NCBI GenBank assembly: GCA_029838195.1
Contig: JALGVJ010000004.1
Coordinates: forward strand, 128,001 to 192,000
Length of the DNA stretch: 64,000 nt
From: Promethearchaeota archaeon
GTDB lineage: Archaea > Asgardarchaeota > Lokiarchaeia > Sigyniarchaeales > SOKP01
Direction of reading: 5' to 3'
The notes beneath the pieces were generated by a model. That model searched no databases. It worked only from the letters and a program-made list of their open reading frames with translations, and had not been told where the DNA came from. The position numbers and the translations under genes were made by a program. Shown here one piece after another: positions 20,514 through 31,076 of this stretch; position 1 is the first letter of the stretch; each line of letters opens with the position of its first letter.

Positions 20514-22220
20514 ATGCCTCGTGTAATAGATTTAGTTGCTGATATATTGATAGATGCCGGAATAGATCATGCTTTCGGTCTACCAGGCGGAGTAACGCAA
20601 TTTATGATGGAAGGATGTTATAAAAAGGGAGAGAAGATAAAGACCATTACAGCACGCCATGAAGCCTCGGCAGCGGCAATGGCCGATATGTACGGACGGA
20701 TAACCGGAAAACCAGGACTTTTATTGGGTCAAGGTGTTTGGATTGGCTCCAATGGTGCGTTTGGAATAATGGAAGCTTTTTTTGCGGGTTCTCCGATGCT
20801 GATAATAACGGATGTATCCGATTGGGATAACATGAGCTTAAAAGGAACGTATCAATGCGGAACGGGGGATTATGGATGCGTGAATCTTCCGGAGATTTTT
20901 CGTTCGATGACAAAATATACAACATATGCGACTTCTCCTATTGATGTCGTGTATGGCGTTCAGACGGCGATCAAACATGCGGTTTCCGGACGACCCGGCC
21001 CCGCCTGCGTGCTTACGAAACTCAGTTCATTAGGTGGAGTCATTGAGGATCCTTCCAGTTTAGACGTACCCATTTATCCTATGGAAGGATTTTTGAACGT
21101 GTCTCCGCCAAGTATTTCAGCTAGGGATGCGGAACGAATTGCAGAATTATTAATTAGTGCCAATAGACCGGTGATGATATGTGGGCGAGGTGTTCATGCT
21201 TCTCGGGCTTATGCGGAGGTTAGAGAAATAGCAGAATTGATAGGAATACCGGTTGCCACGAGCTACATGGGAAAAAGTAGCATTCCGGAAGTGCATGACC
21301 TTGCATTAGGCGTCATGGGCGGTCGCGGACAAAAACTTGCGACAGAAATGATACAGAAAGCAGATGTTATTCTTGCGGTGGGCACGGCCTTAGCTCCTGA
21401 AAATACACTTAATTGTAGCAAAGAATTCATAAACGTGGAAGAGCAAAAACTAATCCATATAGATATTGATCCTCGAAATGCGGCTTGGACATATCCCGCT
21501 ACGATCGGAGTCACGTCTGATGCAAAGATTGCCTTACGCACCATAATTGGCTTTATTAAAAAGAAAAATCCGCAAATTGATGTTCAAAAAAGGATTGAAG
21601 ATTTACAAGTAATTAAAAAAGCTCCCGAAACGGAATTTTTCATGAATAAATTTTCTAATTCGGACAAATTACCTCTTGAACCCGAAAGAGTGGTTAAGGA
21701 GATAAATGAACTAATAGGAGAAGATGATTTGGTTGTTCTGGACGCAGGTAATAATAGGATTTGGTTCTGTTCTTTATTTAAGTCGAAAAAAGAACGGCAA
21801 GTCATTGCACCGGGAGGCGCTGCGGGCATGGCATGGTCTCCTAATGCGGCCATTGCAGCCCAATTGCTTCATGATAGGGGAAAAGTAGTAAGTATTGTTG
21901 GAGATGGCGGCATGCTGATGGCTTTATACACGATTGAAACCACAAAGGCTCTAAACGTGCCATTACTTTTTATCGTATTTAATAATGCTAGCTTGGGTAA
22001 TGTGAGAGACTTTTTTTCTAGAAAAAGTAGGGCCATTGCAGAATATCCCAATACGAATTTCGCTAATGTCGCAACCGCTATTGGAATTGATGGAATCCGG
22101 GTAGAGACCCTCGAAGAACTCAGACCTGCTTTAGAGAAAGGTTTAAAAGCGGAGAAACCCACGTTGATCGACATCGTAGTAAATAGAGCCTCGCACTTAC
22201 GGGTTAGAACCTCCCTATAA
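20514..22220 (+). CDS. Thiamine-diphosphate enzyme (acetolactate synthase-like superfamily)
   Basis: FGLPGG, ARHE, SGRPGP, GDGG...VFNN TPP-binding motif. Confidence 0.9.
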   Translation: MPRVIDLVADILIDAGIDHAFGLPGGVTQFMMEGCYKKGEKIKTITARHEASAAAMADMYGRITGKPGLLLGQGVWIGSNGAFGIMEAFFAGSPMLIITDVSDWDNMSLKGTYQCGTGDYGCVNLPEIFRSMTKYTTYATSPIDVVYGVQTAIKHAVSGRPGPACVLTKLSSLGGVIEDPSSLDVPIYPMEGFLNVSPPSISARDAERIAELLISANRPVMICGRGVHASRAYAEVREIAELIGIPVATSYMGKSSIPEVHDLALGVMGGRGQKLATEMIQKADVILAVGTALAPENTLNCSKEFINVEEQKLIHIDIDPRNAAWTYPATIGVTSDAKIALRTIIGFIKKKNPQIDVQKRIEDLQVIKKAPETEFFMNKFSNSDKLPLEPERVVKEINELIGEDDLVVLDAGNNRIWFCSLFKSKKERQVIAPGGAAGMAWSPNAAIAAQLLHDRGKVVSIVGDGGMLMALYTIETTKALNVPLLFIVFNNASLGNVRDFFSRKSRAIAEYPNTNFANVATAIGIDGIRVETLEELRPALEKGLKAEKPTLIDIVVNRASHLRVRTSL

Positions 22221-22700
22221 ACCAAGAATTTATTCATTCATTACTTTATTTTTCTTTCAATTCCTTTTTTTAATGTATTTTTTTTAATCGTTTTTACTTA
22301 TTTCTTTTCTTCCCTCTTTTTTCTTTTCCTTGATTTAATTATCGTCCCTTAATCATCATGACGGCTACTTTTATTAGAAATATAATTTTCCACTTGAATT
22401 TAATGAATTAACCCCATTTTAAGCTCGTGAAAAATATTTCATGTTATTTTTTTTATTGAACAACGTTTAATATTTTTAATGAGTTTGGAAAAAATCTTTA
22501 AAGAATCTTCTTGAAAGGAGCGATTTGTTTCAAGGGAAAACCAAATCCTTTAAAAAAAATTAGAATTCATTTCTCTTACCACGTGCGTTGAATAAAACTT
22601 AAAATGAACCCTTACATTACATAATATTGTAATTATTTATTATTAAAAACATGATATTGTTCATGTAAATTTAAAATTAAAATAAAAATGGTAAAACAAA

Positions 22701-24119
22701 ATGGAATATGAAGAAATTAAAAAAAGAATTGCAATCATCAGAGATCAAGAGGTTAAGGGAATTCCCGATGAAATGATGATCAAGATTCGAAAGAAAATTG
22801 AGGAGAAAACTCCTAATTCGAAACCTTTAGCAGAAGTAATGAAATCTTTAGTTCCGGGAGGGACACAACATCAGATGTGCCTTAAAGACCCTTACGCCGT
22901 GACCATAAAACGTACTTTAGGCACAAGAATGTGGGACGTGGATGATAATGAATATATTGATTACTTGATGAGTGCAGGAGCGTGTATTTTGGGTCATAAT
23001 TATCCTCCCTTTCGAGAGAAATTAATAGAAGTCTTGCAAGATCTCTCTCCCGATTTATATTGGAATTGTGAATGGGAAATAAAAGCTATAAAGTTAGTAC
23101 AAAAGCACATGCCTTCAGTAGAACGGATGGTGTATTTTCAATCGGGTACAGAAGCAAACATGGCAGCTATTCGGATTGCGCGGGTATTCACAGGTAAGGA
23201 AAAGATCATCAAATTTGGTGGATCGTATCATGGTTGGTCGGATCAACTTAATTATGACATCCACATTCCGTTTTCTGGGGCAATGGAGGCTGATGGCATT
23301 CCAAAAGGCTGTTATAAAGACACCATTTCCCTTCCCCCCAATGATCTAAATGCATTGGAAGAAAACCTTAAAAAATGGTCAGAAAAGAGAAAAGGAGTTG
23401 CGGCCGTGATCGTGGAACCATTGGGGGCTGAATCCGGGGCCATTCCCGTACCTCCTGACTTTAATAAAAAAGTTAGAGAATTATGTGATCAATACGGGGC
23501 TTTACTCATTTTTGATGAAGTAGTCACGGGTTTTCGATTGGACCTTGGCGGTGCTCAAAAATATTTTGGCGTGAAACCCGATCTCACGATATTTGGCAAA
23601 TTACTCACTCAAGGATATCCTTCGTCCGGAGCCGTGGGAGGGAGAGCAGATATAATGAACGCTACGACAAGCGATATCGATGTTAGTAGCAAGCACGCTT
23701 CCGCTAGCGGAACGATCAGGGGAAATCCCTTGACCGTCGCCGCCACGTATTGGGGCATAAAAATCATGGAGGAAACAGGCACCATTGAAAAAGCGGCCAC
23801 AGCAGCAGATGATCTAGTGAAAAAATTAAATGACCTATTTGAACAACACGAAAGGCCCTATTTCGCTTACAACTACAAGTCTATTGTTCATTATGAAACC
23901 TTCTCTCCCCTTGCCATTGATATCCGGGACATGAATAACATTCCTAAAGCTGTATACCGTAAGAAATGCGTGGATGACTTAGCCACGGTCATGTTTTCTG
24001 AGGGCGTGATAACTAAATATGGAAACCGAGCGTTTACATGCATGCAACACGCTCCAGAAGATAATGATAAGTTCATTGAAGCCATGGACGTGGCCCTCAA
24101 GATGATTCCCAAATACTAA
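22701..24119 (+). CDS. Class III PLP aminotransferase (HemL-like)
   Basis: SGTEAN, GSYHG, IVEP, IFDEVVTGFR, FGK. Confidence 0.9.
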   Translation: MEYEEIKKRIAIIRDQEVKGIPDEMMIKIRKKIEEKTPNSKPLAEVMKSLVPGGTQHQMCLKDPYAVTIKRTLGTRMWDVDDNEYIDYLMSAGACILGHNYPPFREKLIEVLQDLSPDLYWNCEWEIKAIKLVQKHMPSVERMVYFQSGTEANMAAIRIARVFTGKEKIIKFGGSYHGWSDQLNYDIHIPFSGAMEADGIPKGCYKDTISLPPNDLNALEENLKKWSEKRKGVAAVIVEPLGAESGAIPVPPDFNKKVRELCDQYGALLIFDEVVTGFRLDLGGAQKYFGVKPDLTIFGKLLTQGYPSSGAVGGRADIMNATTSDIDVSSKHASASGTIRGNPLTVAATYWGIKIMEETGTIEKAATAADDLVKKLNDLFEQHERPYFAYNYKSIVHYETFSPLAIDIRDMNNIPKAVYRKKCVDDLATVMFSEGVITKYGNRAFTCMQHAPEDNDKFIEAMDVALKMIPKY

Positions 24120-24333
24120 ATCTTAAGAATAAGGTTACATTTTTTTTTACTGGTTTTTTAACCACTTGCTTCTTTTTTTCTCTTCATTCATCTCATGGGT
24201 CTTGGCGTTGTTTTTCCCTTTTTAAAATTCTTTTCAAATTGATGAATACATAAAAGATAAAAGATAGGACCACCAAAAGGACTGCTAAAAACAATTAAAC
24301 CAAGAGAAAAGTAAAAGGGAAAAAAATATTAAT

Positions 24334-26178
24334 TTAATATAAATCCTTGATAACAAATCCTAACTCCAATTCTTCTAAAGTTTCTTTAAGGGGATAACCA
24401 TTCTCCGGATTCCACCCCATTTTTTCACAATATCCCTTGTAATCCTCTACATAATCCACTCCAATGATTCGTTCCGGCAGTTTTTGTTCCATGATTTTAA
24501 TGCCCTCTCTTAAGGTGAACGCTTGCCGTAATGTTTGAATTCTTCGGCCAATCGTTAACGCTTCATCGGGTGTCATGTCCCATCCCGTGACTGCATTTAT
24601 TAATTCAAAAAGGGGATATTTCTGAAGGAAATAGGCAAATTCACAGAGCCCAACACTACACGTGAATTGCCAGATTGCCGCAACAATTTTTTCTGCCTCG
24701 GAACGGTCATCTCCCGGTCTCTTGAAACGTTTCGGAAGACCGATACCTTCAAATAGACCATTTGGCTTTATTAAAGGGCCTTGTACCAACATGTCGAGAG
24801 ATGCGGAAGTATGTCGACCAGGGGTGGGGTCAAACGCAAAAGAGGCCCCCAGGCTCTTGTAATATTTCGGGGAATGCATTCCGGGCTCTTGGCCTCCACA
24901 ATGCATGGCATATTCCTCCCCTTTACCCAATTTTTCAACCGCAACCTTTACGCCATCGGCCAACACGTCTCCAAATCCTTCTCGGTTGATGATTTTCTTG
25001 GTTAATTCAACGATGGCTTCTGAATTCCCCCATTTCAACTCAAGACCATCGGTTTCGTCTTTAGTAAGCAATCCATTTTCATAACATTCAATCGCAAACG
25101 CAATCGCCGTTCCCGTGGAAATAGTGTCAATTCCCGCCCGGTTGCACAAATCATTAACAATAAATATTGAATTCAAATCATCGTTCAAGAGTAAATGTCC
25201 AAAACTGGCACAGGTTTCATATTCCGGCCGATGCTCCTCTTCTATTCCTAAATCCGGAATTTTCAATATTGCTCCACACTGCACGGGGCAAGAAAAGCAC
25301 CCATAGGATTTTTCTTTATATGGTTCTATGGCTTCTCCAGCAATCTTATTTACTCTTTCTTGAGGAAAGTCTTCTTTCACGCCACCCCAATTTTTGACGG
25401 GCGTGTCCCCGATAGCCCAAGAAACCACGTTCCCGAACGTCGTTCCCAGCGTCTTATAGCTCTGAATCGCACCGATGGTGGCAGAATTAATGCCATCATT
25501 ATATTCCTTAGTTGCTTGAATTAGAGCATCGTTATTTGCCACATTTACTTTTTTATCACCTTTAAGCACGATTGCCTTTAGTTTTTTGGAGCCCATGAGT
25601 GCTCCGAAGCCCGAGCGTCCCGCAATCCGTCCTTTATCATTCACGATACCTGAGATCAGGCTTAACTTTTCGCCAGCTTGACCAATGCAAGCTACTTGGA
25701 CGTTCCCGTGTTTTTCTTTTATTTTAGCCTCGGTTTCAATAGCATCCACGCCCCATAAATCAGAAGCATCAATAATTTTTTTCTCTCCCTCTATTATAGA
25801 GATGTATTTTGGATTGTTTGCCTTTCCCTTGATGAGAATCGCATCATACCCGCATTTTTTAATTTCCGGACCAAAATAGCCCCCACAGTTGGAATCGCCC
25901 CATGTACCGGTCAAGGGAGATTTTCCCGCCACCATGAAACGACCCGTCATGGGCGCCGGCGTACCCGTAAGCAAGCCGGGAAAAAATCCAAACACTGCCT
26001 CATTACCTAAAGGATCAGTTTTTGGGGGGAGATTTTCATAAAGCAATTTAGTAGCAAGCCCATATCCACCAATATATTTTCTATACACCTCATCGGGCAA
26101 TTCTTCTTCCTTAAAACTCTCGGTTGAGAGGTCTACCCACAAAATCTTTCCCATGTATCCATTTGACATGTGTTCCAT
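24334..26178 (-). CDS. aor: Tungsten-type aldehyde:ferredoxin oxidoreductase
   Basis: KSPLTG, GRSGFGALMGSKKLKAI, CFSCPVQC, PEYET, GIDTIS. Confidence 0.92.
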   Translation of the reverse strand: MEHMSNGYMGKILWVDLSTESFKEEELPDEVYRKYIGGYGLATKLLYENLPPKTDPLGNEAVFGFFPGLLTGTPAPMTGRFMVAGKSPLTGTWGDSNCGGYFGPEIKKCGYDAILIKGKANNPKYISIIEGEKKIIDASDLWGVDAIETEAKIKEKHGNVQVACIGQAGEKLSLISGIVNDKGRIAGRSGFGALMGSKKLKAIVLKGDKKVNVANNDALIQATKEYNDGINSATIGAIQSYKTLGTTFGNVVSWAIGDTPVKNWGGVKEDFPQERVNKIAGEAIEPYKEKSYGCFSCPVQCGAILKIPDLGIEEEHRPEYETCASFGHLLLNDDLNSIFIVNDLCNRAGIDTISTGTAIAFAIECYENGLLTKDETDGLELKWGNSEAIVELTKKIINREGFGDVLADGVKVAVEKLGKGEEYAMHCGGQEPGMHSPKYYKSLGASFAFDPTPGRHTSASLDMLVQGPLIKPNGLFEGIGLPKRFKRPGDDRSEAEKIVAAIWQFTCSVGLCEFAYFLQKYPLFELINAVTGWDMTPDEALTIGRRIQTLRQAFTLREGIKIMEQKLPERIIGVDYVEDYKGYCEKMGWNPENGYPLKETLEELELGFVIKDLY

Positions 26179-26407
26179 TACCTTTTTTTTAATTTTTAAA
26201 TCGTGTTTAATTAAATAAATTGTCTCGAAAATATAAAAAAATTTTCCTTAATGTAATAATCATTGCTTCATTAAAAAAACCACTTTTTTAACTTCCACGT
26301 ACATATCTCTAACATTTAACCGAAGCTCCTCTCATGCATTACTCCATCCAAAAATTTCCAACTCCCCATGAAATTCTCGATTAAACTTCGACCCATCGCT
26401 GCTCATC

Positions 26408-26467
26408 CTTGAATTTAAAGTCAAGTTCCGCTAAGATTATTAGTACTTTAATAGACTCAAAGTACTA
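26408..26467. promoter_or_regulatory. Two inverted repeats in the divergent aor / MFS intergenic region
   Basis: CTTGAATTTAAAGTCAAG (26408-26425, one mismatched pair) and TAGTACTTT-N9-AAAGTACTA (26441-26467, perfect 9-bp arms). Confidence 0.45.
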
Positions 26468-26623
26468 CCACAAGGAATAAAAAGGCAAAGTTTATATACT
26501 AGCATGATGAAAATATTTATCAACACAGTTTTTCATGCGTTCTGAATTTATTAATGAACCTTTTATCTCAAACTCAATTTAAACTGAAAAATATAATAAA
26601 TGAAAAAAAAAATGAATTAAACC

Positions 26624-27838
26624 ATGGCTGAAGAAAAATCTAGTAGATATATTATCGGTCTCACGATATTCATGGGATTAGTCGGATTGCTTGACCAATT
26701 CCTCTCACAAGTCGAAGGACCTATCATGGTATACATTCTTGCGGATTATGGCGTTTCCGCATCAGAATTCGCATTTTGGCAAGGTATTTTTGCCGTGATC
26801 TCATTTGCGGTTTTCCTGATCTCCTATGCTTTCGATAGACTCGGTAGAAAAAAAGGAATCTTAATTCTCATCCTCGCTCTGGGCATTCCCGCACTCATCA
26901 TAACAATCCCCATGAATTTATACCTTTTCTTGCTAGTTTATTCGATTTTGATCATGGCAACACTCTCTAACGGTTGGGAAATTCCCATAGTAGAAGAGGC
27001 GCCCGCAGAAAAGCGTGGGTTATACGGCTCCATCGCTTTTTTAATTGGATTAATTCCTCTCTTCGCAATTGTAGCCGTTCCTATAGCAGAAAGCTTAGGA
27101 TGGCGCTGGGCCTATGGAGTTATGTTCTTCTTCGCATTGATCCTTTTAATTCCTTGGTATTTCATGAGAGAAACTCCCAGATGGCTCGCAGAGAGGGATA
27201 AATTAGAGAAAAAGCTCGGAATTGGCACTGCGCTAAAAACTCTGAAAAGAAAAGATTGGATTTACGTCTTATTCGCTATAATCGTTTACATTATCTGGAC
27301 GATTTGCTATATCATGATGCGCAGCTGGGGTGGCTATTATTATGTGACCTACCAAGGCTATACAACGTCTCAATATTCCACCATTTTACTCATTGGGGCT
27401 TTAATGACAATGGTAGGAGCAATCCTTGGAGGAATATTAATGGATAAATTTGGTAGAAATGTTACTTTATTAGTAGCGTGCATCGGTTCATTCATCGGCT
27501 TATTATTTATTCCTACGGGAATCGTTATCTTTTATTGGCTCGGGTATCTCTGCATGCCGATCATTTTAGGCTATATAATGGTATATTATAATGAGATATT
27601 TCCCACGAGCATTCGGGGCACTGCTGTAGGCGTAGTAAATACCATTTCAAGGATAGGTTATGTACTAGGTCCCTTAATATCGTCGCTTCTTTTGTTATTT
27701 TTCGATAATCCGCAGAATAAGATGGTAGGCTTTTTCGTAGTGGGGGCGATTTTAATTTTAATGCCGCTCTTTATATTGTTCACGAAACCGTATGAAACGA
27801 AAGGACAGGAGTTAGAAGCAATCCAAGAGGACAGATAA
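26624..27838 (+). CDS. MFS transporter (MFS_1/sugar-acid type)
   Basis: DRLGRKK and DKFGRN motifs; EEAPAEKRG; EIFPTSIRG. Confidence 0.9.
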   Translation: MAEEKSSRYIIGLTIFMGLVGLLDQFLSQVEGPIMVYILADYGVSASEFAFWQGIFAVISFAVFLISYAFDRLGRKKGILILILALGIPALIITIPMNLYLFLLVYSILIMATLSNGWEIPIVEEAPAEKRGLYGSIAFLIGLIPLFAIVAVPIAESLGWRWAYGVMFFFALILLIPWYFMRETPRWLAERDKLEKKLGIGTALKTLKRKDWIYVLFAIIVYIIWTICYIMMRSWGGYYYVTYQGYTTSQYSTILLIGALMTMVGAILGGILMDKFGRNVTLLVACIGSFIGLLFIPTGIVIFYWLGYLCMPIILGYIMVYYNEIFPTSIRGTAVGVVNTISRIGYVLGPLISSLLLLFFDNPQNKMVGFFVVGAILILMPLFILFTKPYETKGQELEAIQEDR

Positions 27839-28176
27839 AGCGTTTTAATTAAAAACAAATTAAATTAATTTTTTTTTATTTCTCGAATTTTTATTTCTAA
27901 TTGTTAATCGGCTTCATGTTATTATTTTAATAATTGTTAATCTCGTCTCAATTTTCATTTTAGAATTCTTCTTAAAATCGATTAGAATTTGCGATTTTTA
28001 ATAGGAACTAATCGTGATATGCTATAAAGGCGGGTTATAATATAAGAAAAAACTCTTCTTTGGGAATCGAATTTTAGAAAAATCAAGCACGCGAAGATTT
28101 ATTAATTAATTTTTTTAAACTCAATGATTAATAATAGATATAAGTTGAAGTATTAGTTAGAAAAGATTGAGGAAAA

Positions 28177-28461
28177 ATGAAAGGAAAATTTATAATTATG
28201 GATGAAAAAGACAATTGTGCGACTTCGTTGGCAGAATTGGAGGAGCATGAAGAGGTGGAGCTCGAGGGAAAGAAAATAGTTTTGAATCAAAAGATTCCGT
28301 TTGGGCACAAGTTTGCGATTAAGCCCATTAAGAAAGGAGATTTGCTTTACAAGTATGGTGAAATTATCGGTATCGCAACTCAAGACATCCAAGAAGGAGA
28401 TTGGATTCATACGCATAATATAAAAAGTCATTATTTAGAAAAGGTGGCGAAAGAAGGGTGA
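28177..28461 (+). CDS. UxaA/SuyA-type SAF-domain small subunit
   Basis: DNCAT, IPFGHKFA, KYGEIIG, GDWIHTHN. Confidence 0.9.
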   Translation: MKGKFIIMDEKDNCATSLAELEEHEEVELEGKKIVLNQKIPFGHKFAIKPIKKGDLLYKYGEIIGIATQDIQEGDWIHTHNIKSHYLEKVAKEG

Positions 28462-29663
28462 GCCGAAGCGAAAACGAGCAATTCATGGGCTATGTCCGTC
28501 CGAAAGGAAAGGTGGGTATCCGGAACAAGATTGCGATATTATCTTCAGTGGTGTGCGTGAACAACGTGGCTCGACAAGTTGCTAATAAAATCGAAAATGG
28601 CGTAGCCATTACCCATCCATTAGGCTGTGGACAATTTGGGGCCGATTTTTCCTACACCTTGCGGACTCTGGTCGGATTAGGCTCCAATCCCAATATTTAT
28701 GGCGTGGTCATCATTGGTTTGGGCTGTGAAAATATCACCAGTAAATTATTGGCACGGCAGATTAAAAAAACAAAAAAGCCTATAGAATTTTTTGATGTTC
28801 AAGATATTCAAGGTGGGACCATGGCTGCGATAGAAAAAGGCATCAAGTTAGCAAAACAAATGGAAACTGAAGCACGGGAGTTAAAGCGGGAGCCCTTTGA
28901 TTTTTCTCATTTAATTTTAGGTTTAGAATGCGGGGGTTCCGATTCGATTTCGGGAATAACGGCAAATCCCGTCGTAGGAAAAATCACGGATAAAATCATT
29001 GAATTGGGCGGAACTGCGATTCTTCCGGAATTTACGGAATGGATCGGTACGGAGCATTTATTAAAGAAGAGAGCCGTTAATGAACAGGTAGCGGAAAAAA
29101 TAGAGGAACCAATTCAGGCATTTTTAGAAAATACCATGAAAATTGGGATTGATTTTCGGGGAGTACAGCCTACACCAGGAAATATTGAGGGAGGCCTTAC
29201 AACAATCGAGGAAAAGTCTCTAGGCACTGTTGCGAAGGCTGGAACGGCTCCCATTCAAGGTATCATTAATTATTCCGAAGAGCCGAAGGGGAAGGGATTA
29301 TGGCTCATGATAGAGCCGGGACTTGACGTGGAATCCATGACGGGCTTGGCAGCAGGCGGAGCTCACGTCATCATCATGACAACGGGGCGAGGAAGCCCTT
29401 GTGGGAATCCAGTAGCACCCGTAATCAAGATTTGCGGAAATCCGCAGACATGCGATTGGATGGCTTCTAATATCGATGTAGATGCTTCCAAGATCATTAC
29501 AGAAAACAAATCCATCGAAGATATTGCGGATTTTTTATGGGAAAAGTTAAAGCGAGTAATAAATGGAGAAAAAACGCACGCGGAGGAATTAGGTTTCGAT
29601 GATTTGGCAATTTGGCGGGTGACGGGCACGTTTCCTTTTTCATTGAAAAAAGAAAGCAATTAA
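28458..29663 (+). CDS. UxaA/GarD/SuyB-family hydro-lyase large subunit
   Basis: GYVRPKGKVGIRN, HPLGCGQ, GLGCE, ECGGSD, PTPGNIEGGLTTIEEKSLG, TTGRG; GTGA overlap with the small subunit. Confidence 0.92.
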   Translation: MSRSENEQFMGYVRPKGKVGIRNKIAILSSVVCVNNVARQVANKIENGVAITHPLGCGQFGADFSYTLRTLVGLGSNPNIYGVVIIGLGCENITSKLLARQIKKTKKPIEFFDVQDIQGGTMAAIEKGIKLAKQMETEARELKREPFDFSHLILGLECGGSDSISGITANPVVGKITDKIIELGGTAILPEFTEWIGTEHLLKKRAVNEQVAEKIEEPIQAFLENTMKIGIDFRGVQPTPGNIEGGLTTIEEKSLGTVAKAGTAPIQGIINYSEEPKGKGLWLMIEPGLDVESMTGLAAGGAHVIIMTTGRGSPCGNPVAPVIKICGNPQTCDWMASNIDVDASKIITENKSIEDIADFLWEKLKRVINGEKTHAEELGFDDLAIWRVTGTFPFSLKKESN

Positions 29664-29738
29664 AAACAACTAATTCTTATATGGAACTATAAGAGAATAA
29701 GAGCATGTAACATAAAATAAAAAAGGAGAGGATTCACC

Positions 29739-30947
29739 ACGTGTGACACGTTTGTTGCGTTAGGTAATGCAACGGAAGATGGGAGTGTTATTTTCGGAAA
29801 GAATAGCGATCGACCTCAATCGGAGGCGCAATTAATCACCTATTTTCCTCGAAAGCATCATTCAGAGGGAGAAATTTTACAATGTACGTATATTACCATT
29901 CCTCAAGTTAGAGAAACAGCAGCAATCTTGTTAAGTCAGCCCTTTTGGATGTGGGGGGCAGAAATGGGCGTAAACGAGTACGACGTGGCTATCGGAAATG
30001 AAGCCGTGTATACGAAGGAGCCATTAAGGGAAACGGGATTATTAGGAATGGATCTCTTGCGTCTTGGTTTGGAGCGGGGAAAAACGGCGAGAGAAGCATT
30101 GAATGTTATCACGAGCTTGTTGGAACTTCATGGACAAGGAGGAAATTGTGCATACGGTCAACAAGGCTGGACATATCATAATTCTTTTTTAATAGCAGAC
30201 CATAAAGAAGCCTACGTTTTAGATACGGCGGATAAATGGTGGGTGGCTGAAATCGTGAAGGATGTTCGCTCCATTTCCAATAACCTTTCTATTCGTGGAA
30301 AAGGAGATTTCCGAAGAGAAAGCATCATTGAGCATGCAATTGAGCAAGGATATTGCAAGGATGATGATGATTTTGATTTTGCCATGATTTTTTCCGATCC
30401 ACAAATTCCTGACACCTTTCCCCCTAATACTCGAGATGGATGTTCTTTACGCATGCTAAATGAAGGGAAAGGTACGATTACCGTGCGTAGCATGATGGAA
30501 TTTCTTAGGGAACATGAAGTTGGTATTTGCATGCACGGTGCCTTTCAATCCACGGGCTCGCAAGTTTCTTGGTTGAGAGGAGAAGATGAAAAATCCGTTC
30601 ATTGGTTCACGGGCGGCACCATTCCTTGTCTTAACATTTTTAAACCGTATGTTTTTCCGGTCGATGAGTTTAATGTTTTATCTCCCGGTCCTTATGAGGA
30701 AATCAATCCGGATTGGTTCTGGGCAAAACACGCCCGGTTCATTAAACCTTATAAAAGGCGTTCAGATAAGCCCGAAAAACGAGAATATCTCAATAAATTG
30801 AGGACAATTGAAGAACAACTAATTGTAGAGGTAGAACAATTAGTAAAAGAAGAGAAATCCATGTCTGAAAAGGATTTTGTCTCACGCATTAAAAAGATAA
30901 ATGAGGATGCTTGGATTCAGGCAAAAAACATGATTAACATGAAATGA
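29739..30947 (+). CDS. Peptidase C69 / secernin-family Ntn-hydrolase; true N-terminus lies upstream of the ORF-track start, probable ACG start
   Basis: The in-frame upstream region reads (ACG)CDTFVALGNATEDGSVIFGKNSDRPQSEAQ; WMWGAEMGVNE, GMDLLRLGLERG, YHNSFLIAD. Confidence 0.88.
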   Translation, partial: TCDTFVALGNATEDGSVIFGKNSDRPQSEAQLITYFPRKHHSEGEILQCTYITIPQVRETAAILLSQPFWMWGAEMGVNEYDVAIGNEAVYTKEPLRETGLLGMDLLRLGLERGKTAREALNVITSLLELHGQGGNCAYGQQGWTYHNSFLIADHKEAYVLDTADKWWVAEIVKDVRSISNNLSIRGKGDFRRESIIEHAIEQGYCKDDDDFDFAMIFSDPQIPDTFPPNTRDGCSLRMLNEGKGTITVRSMMEFLREHEVGICMHGAFQSTGSQVSWLRGEDEKSVHWFTGGTIPCLNIFKPYVFPVDEFNVLSPGPYEEINPDWFWAKHARFIKPYKRRSDKPEKREYLNKLRTIEEQLIVEVEQLVKEEKSMSEKDFVSRIKKINEDAWIQAKNMINMK

Positions 30948-31076
30948 TGGAATGTTAACTCTTGCTAATTTTTCTATTTTTATTTTTAAAACTTTCCAAA
31001 TAAAAAACAAGAAAATTTTATATTCTGAAAGAACCTCATTTTTAATTAATAGTAAAAATTTTCATAGTGAAAAAAA

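Noticed and set aside
22649-22666. ACATGA-N6-TCATGT palindrome upstream of the aminotransferase (similar one at 55664-55680)
   Set aside because: Short arms built on the locally frequent CATG word; chance is likely
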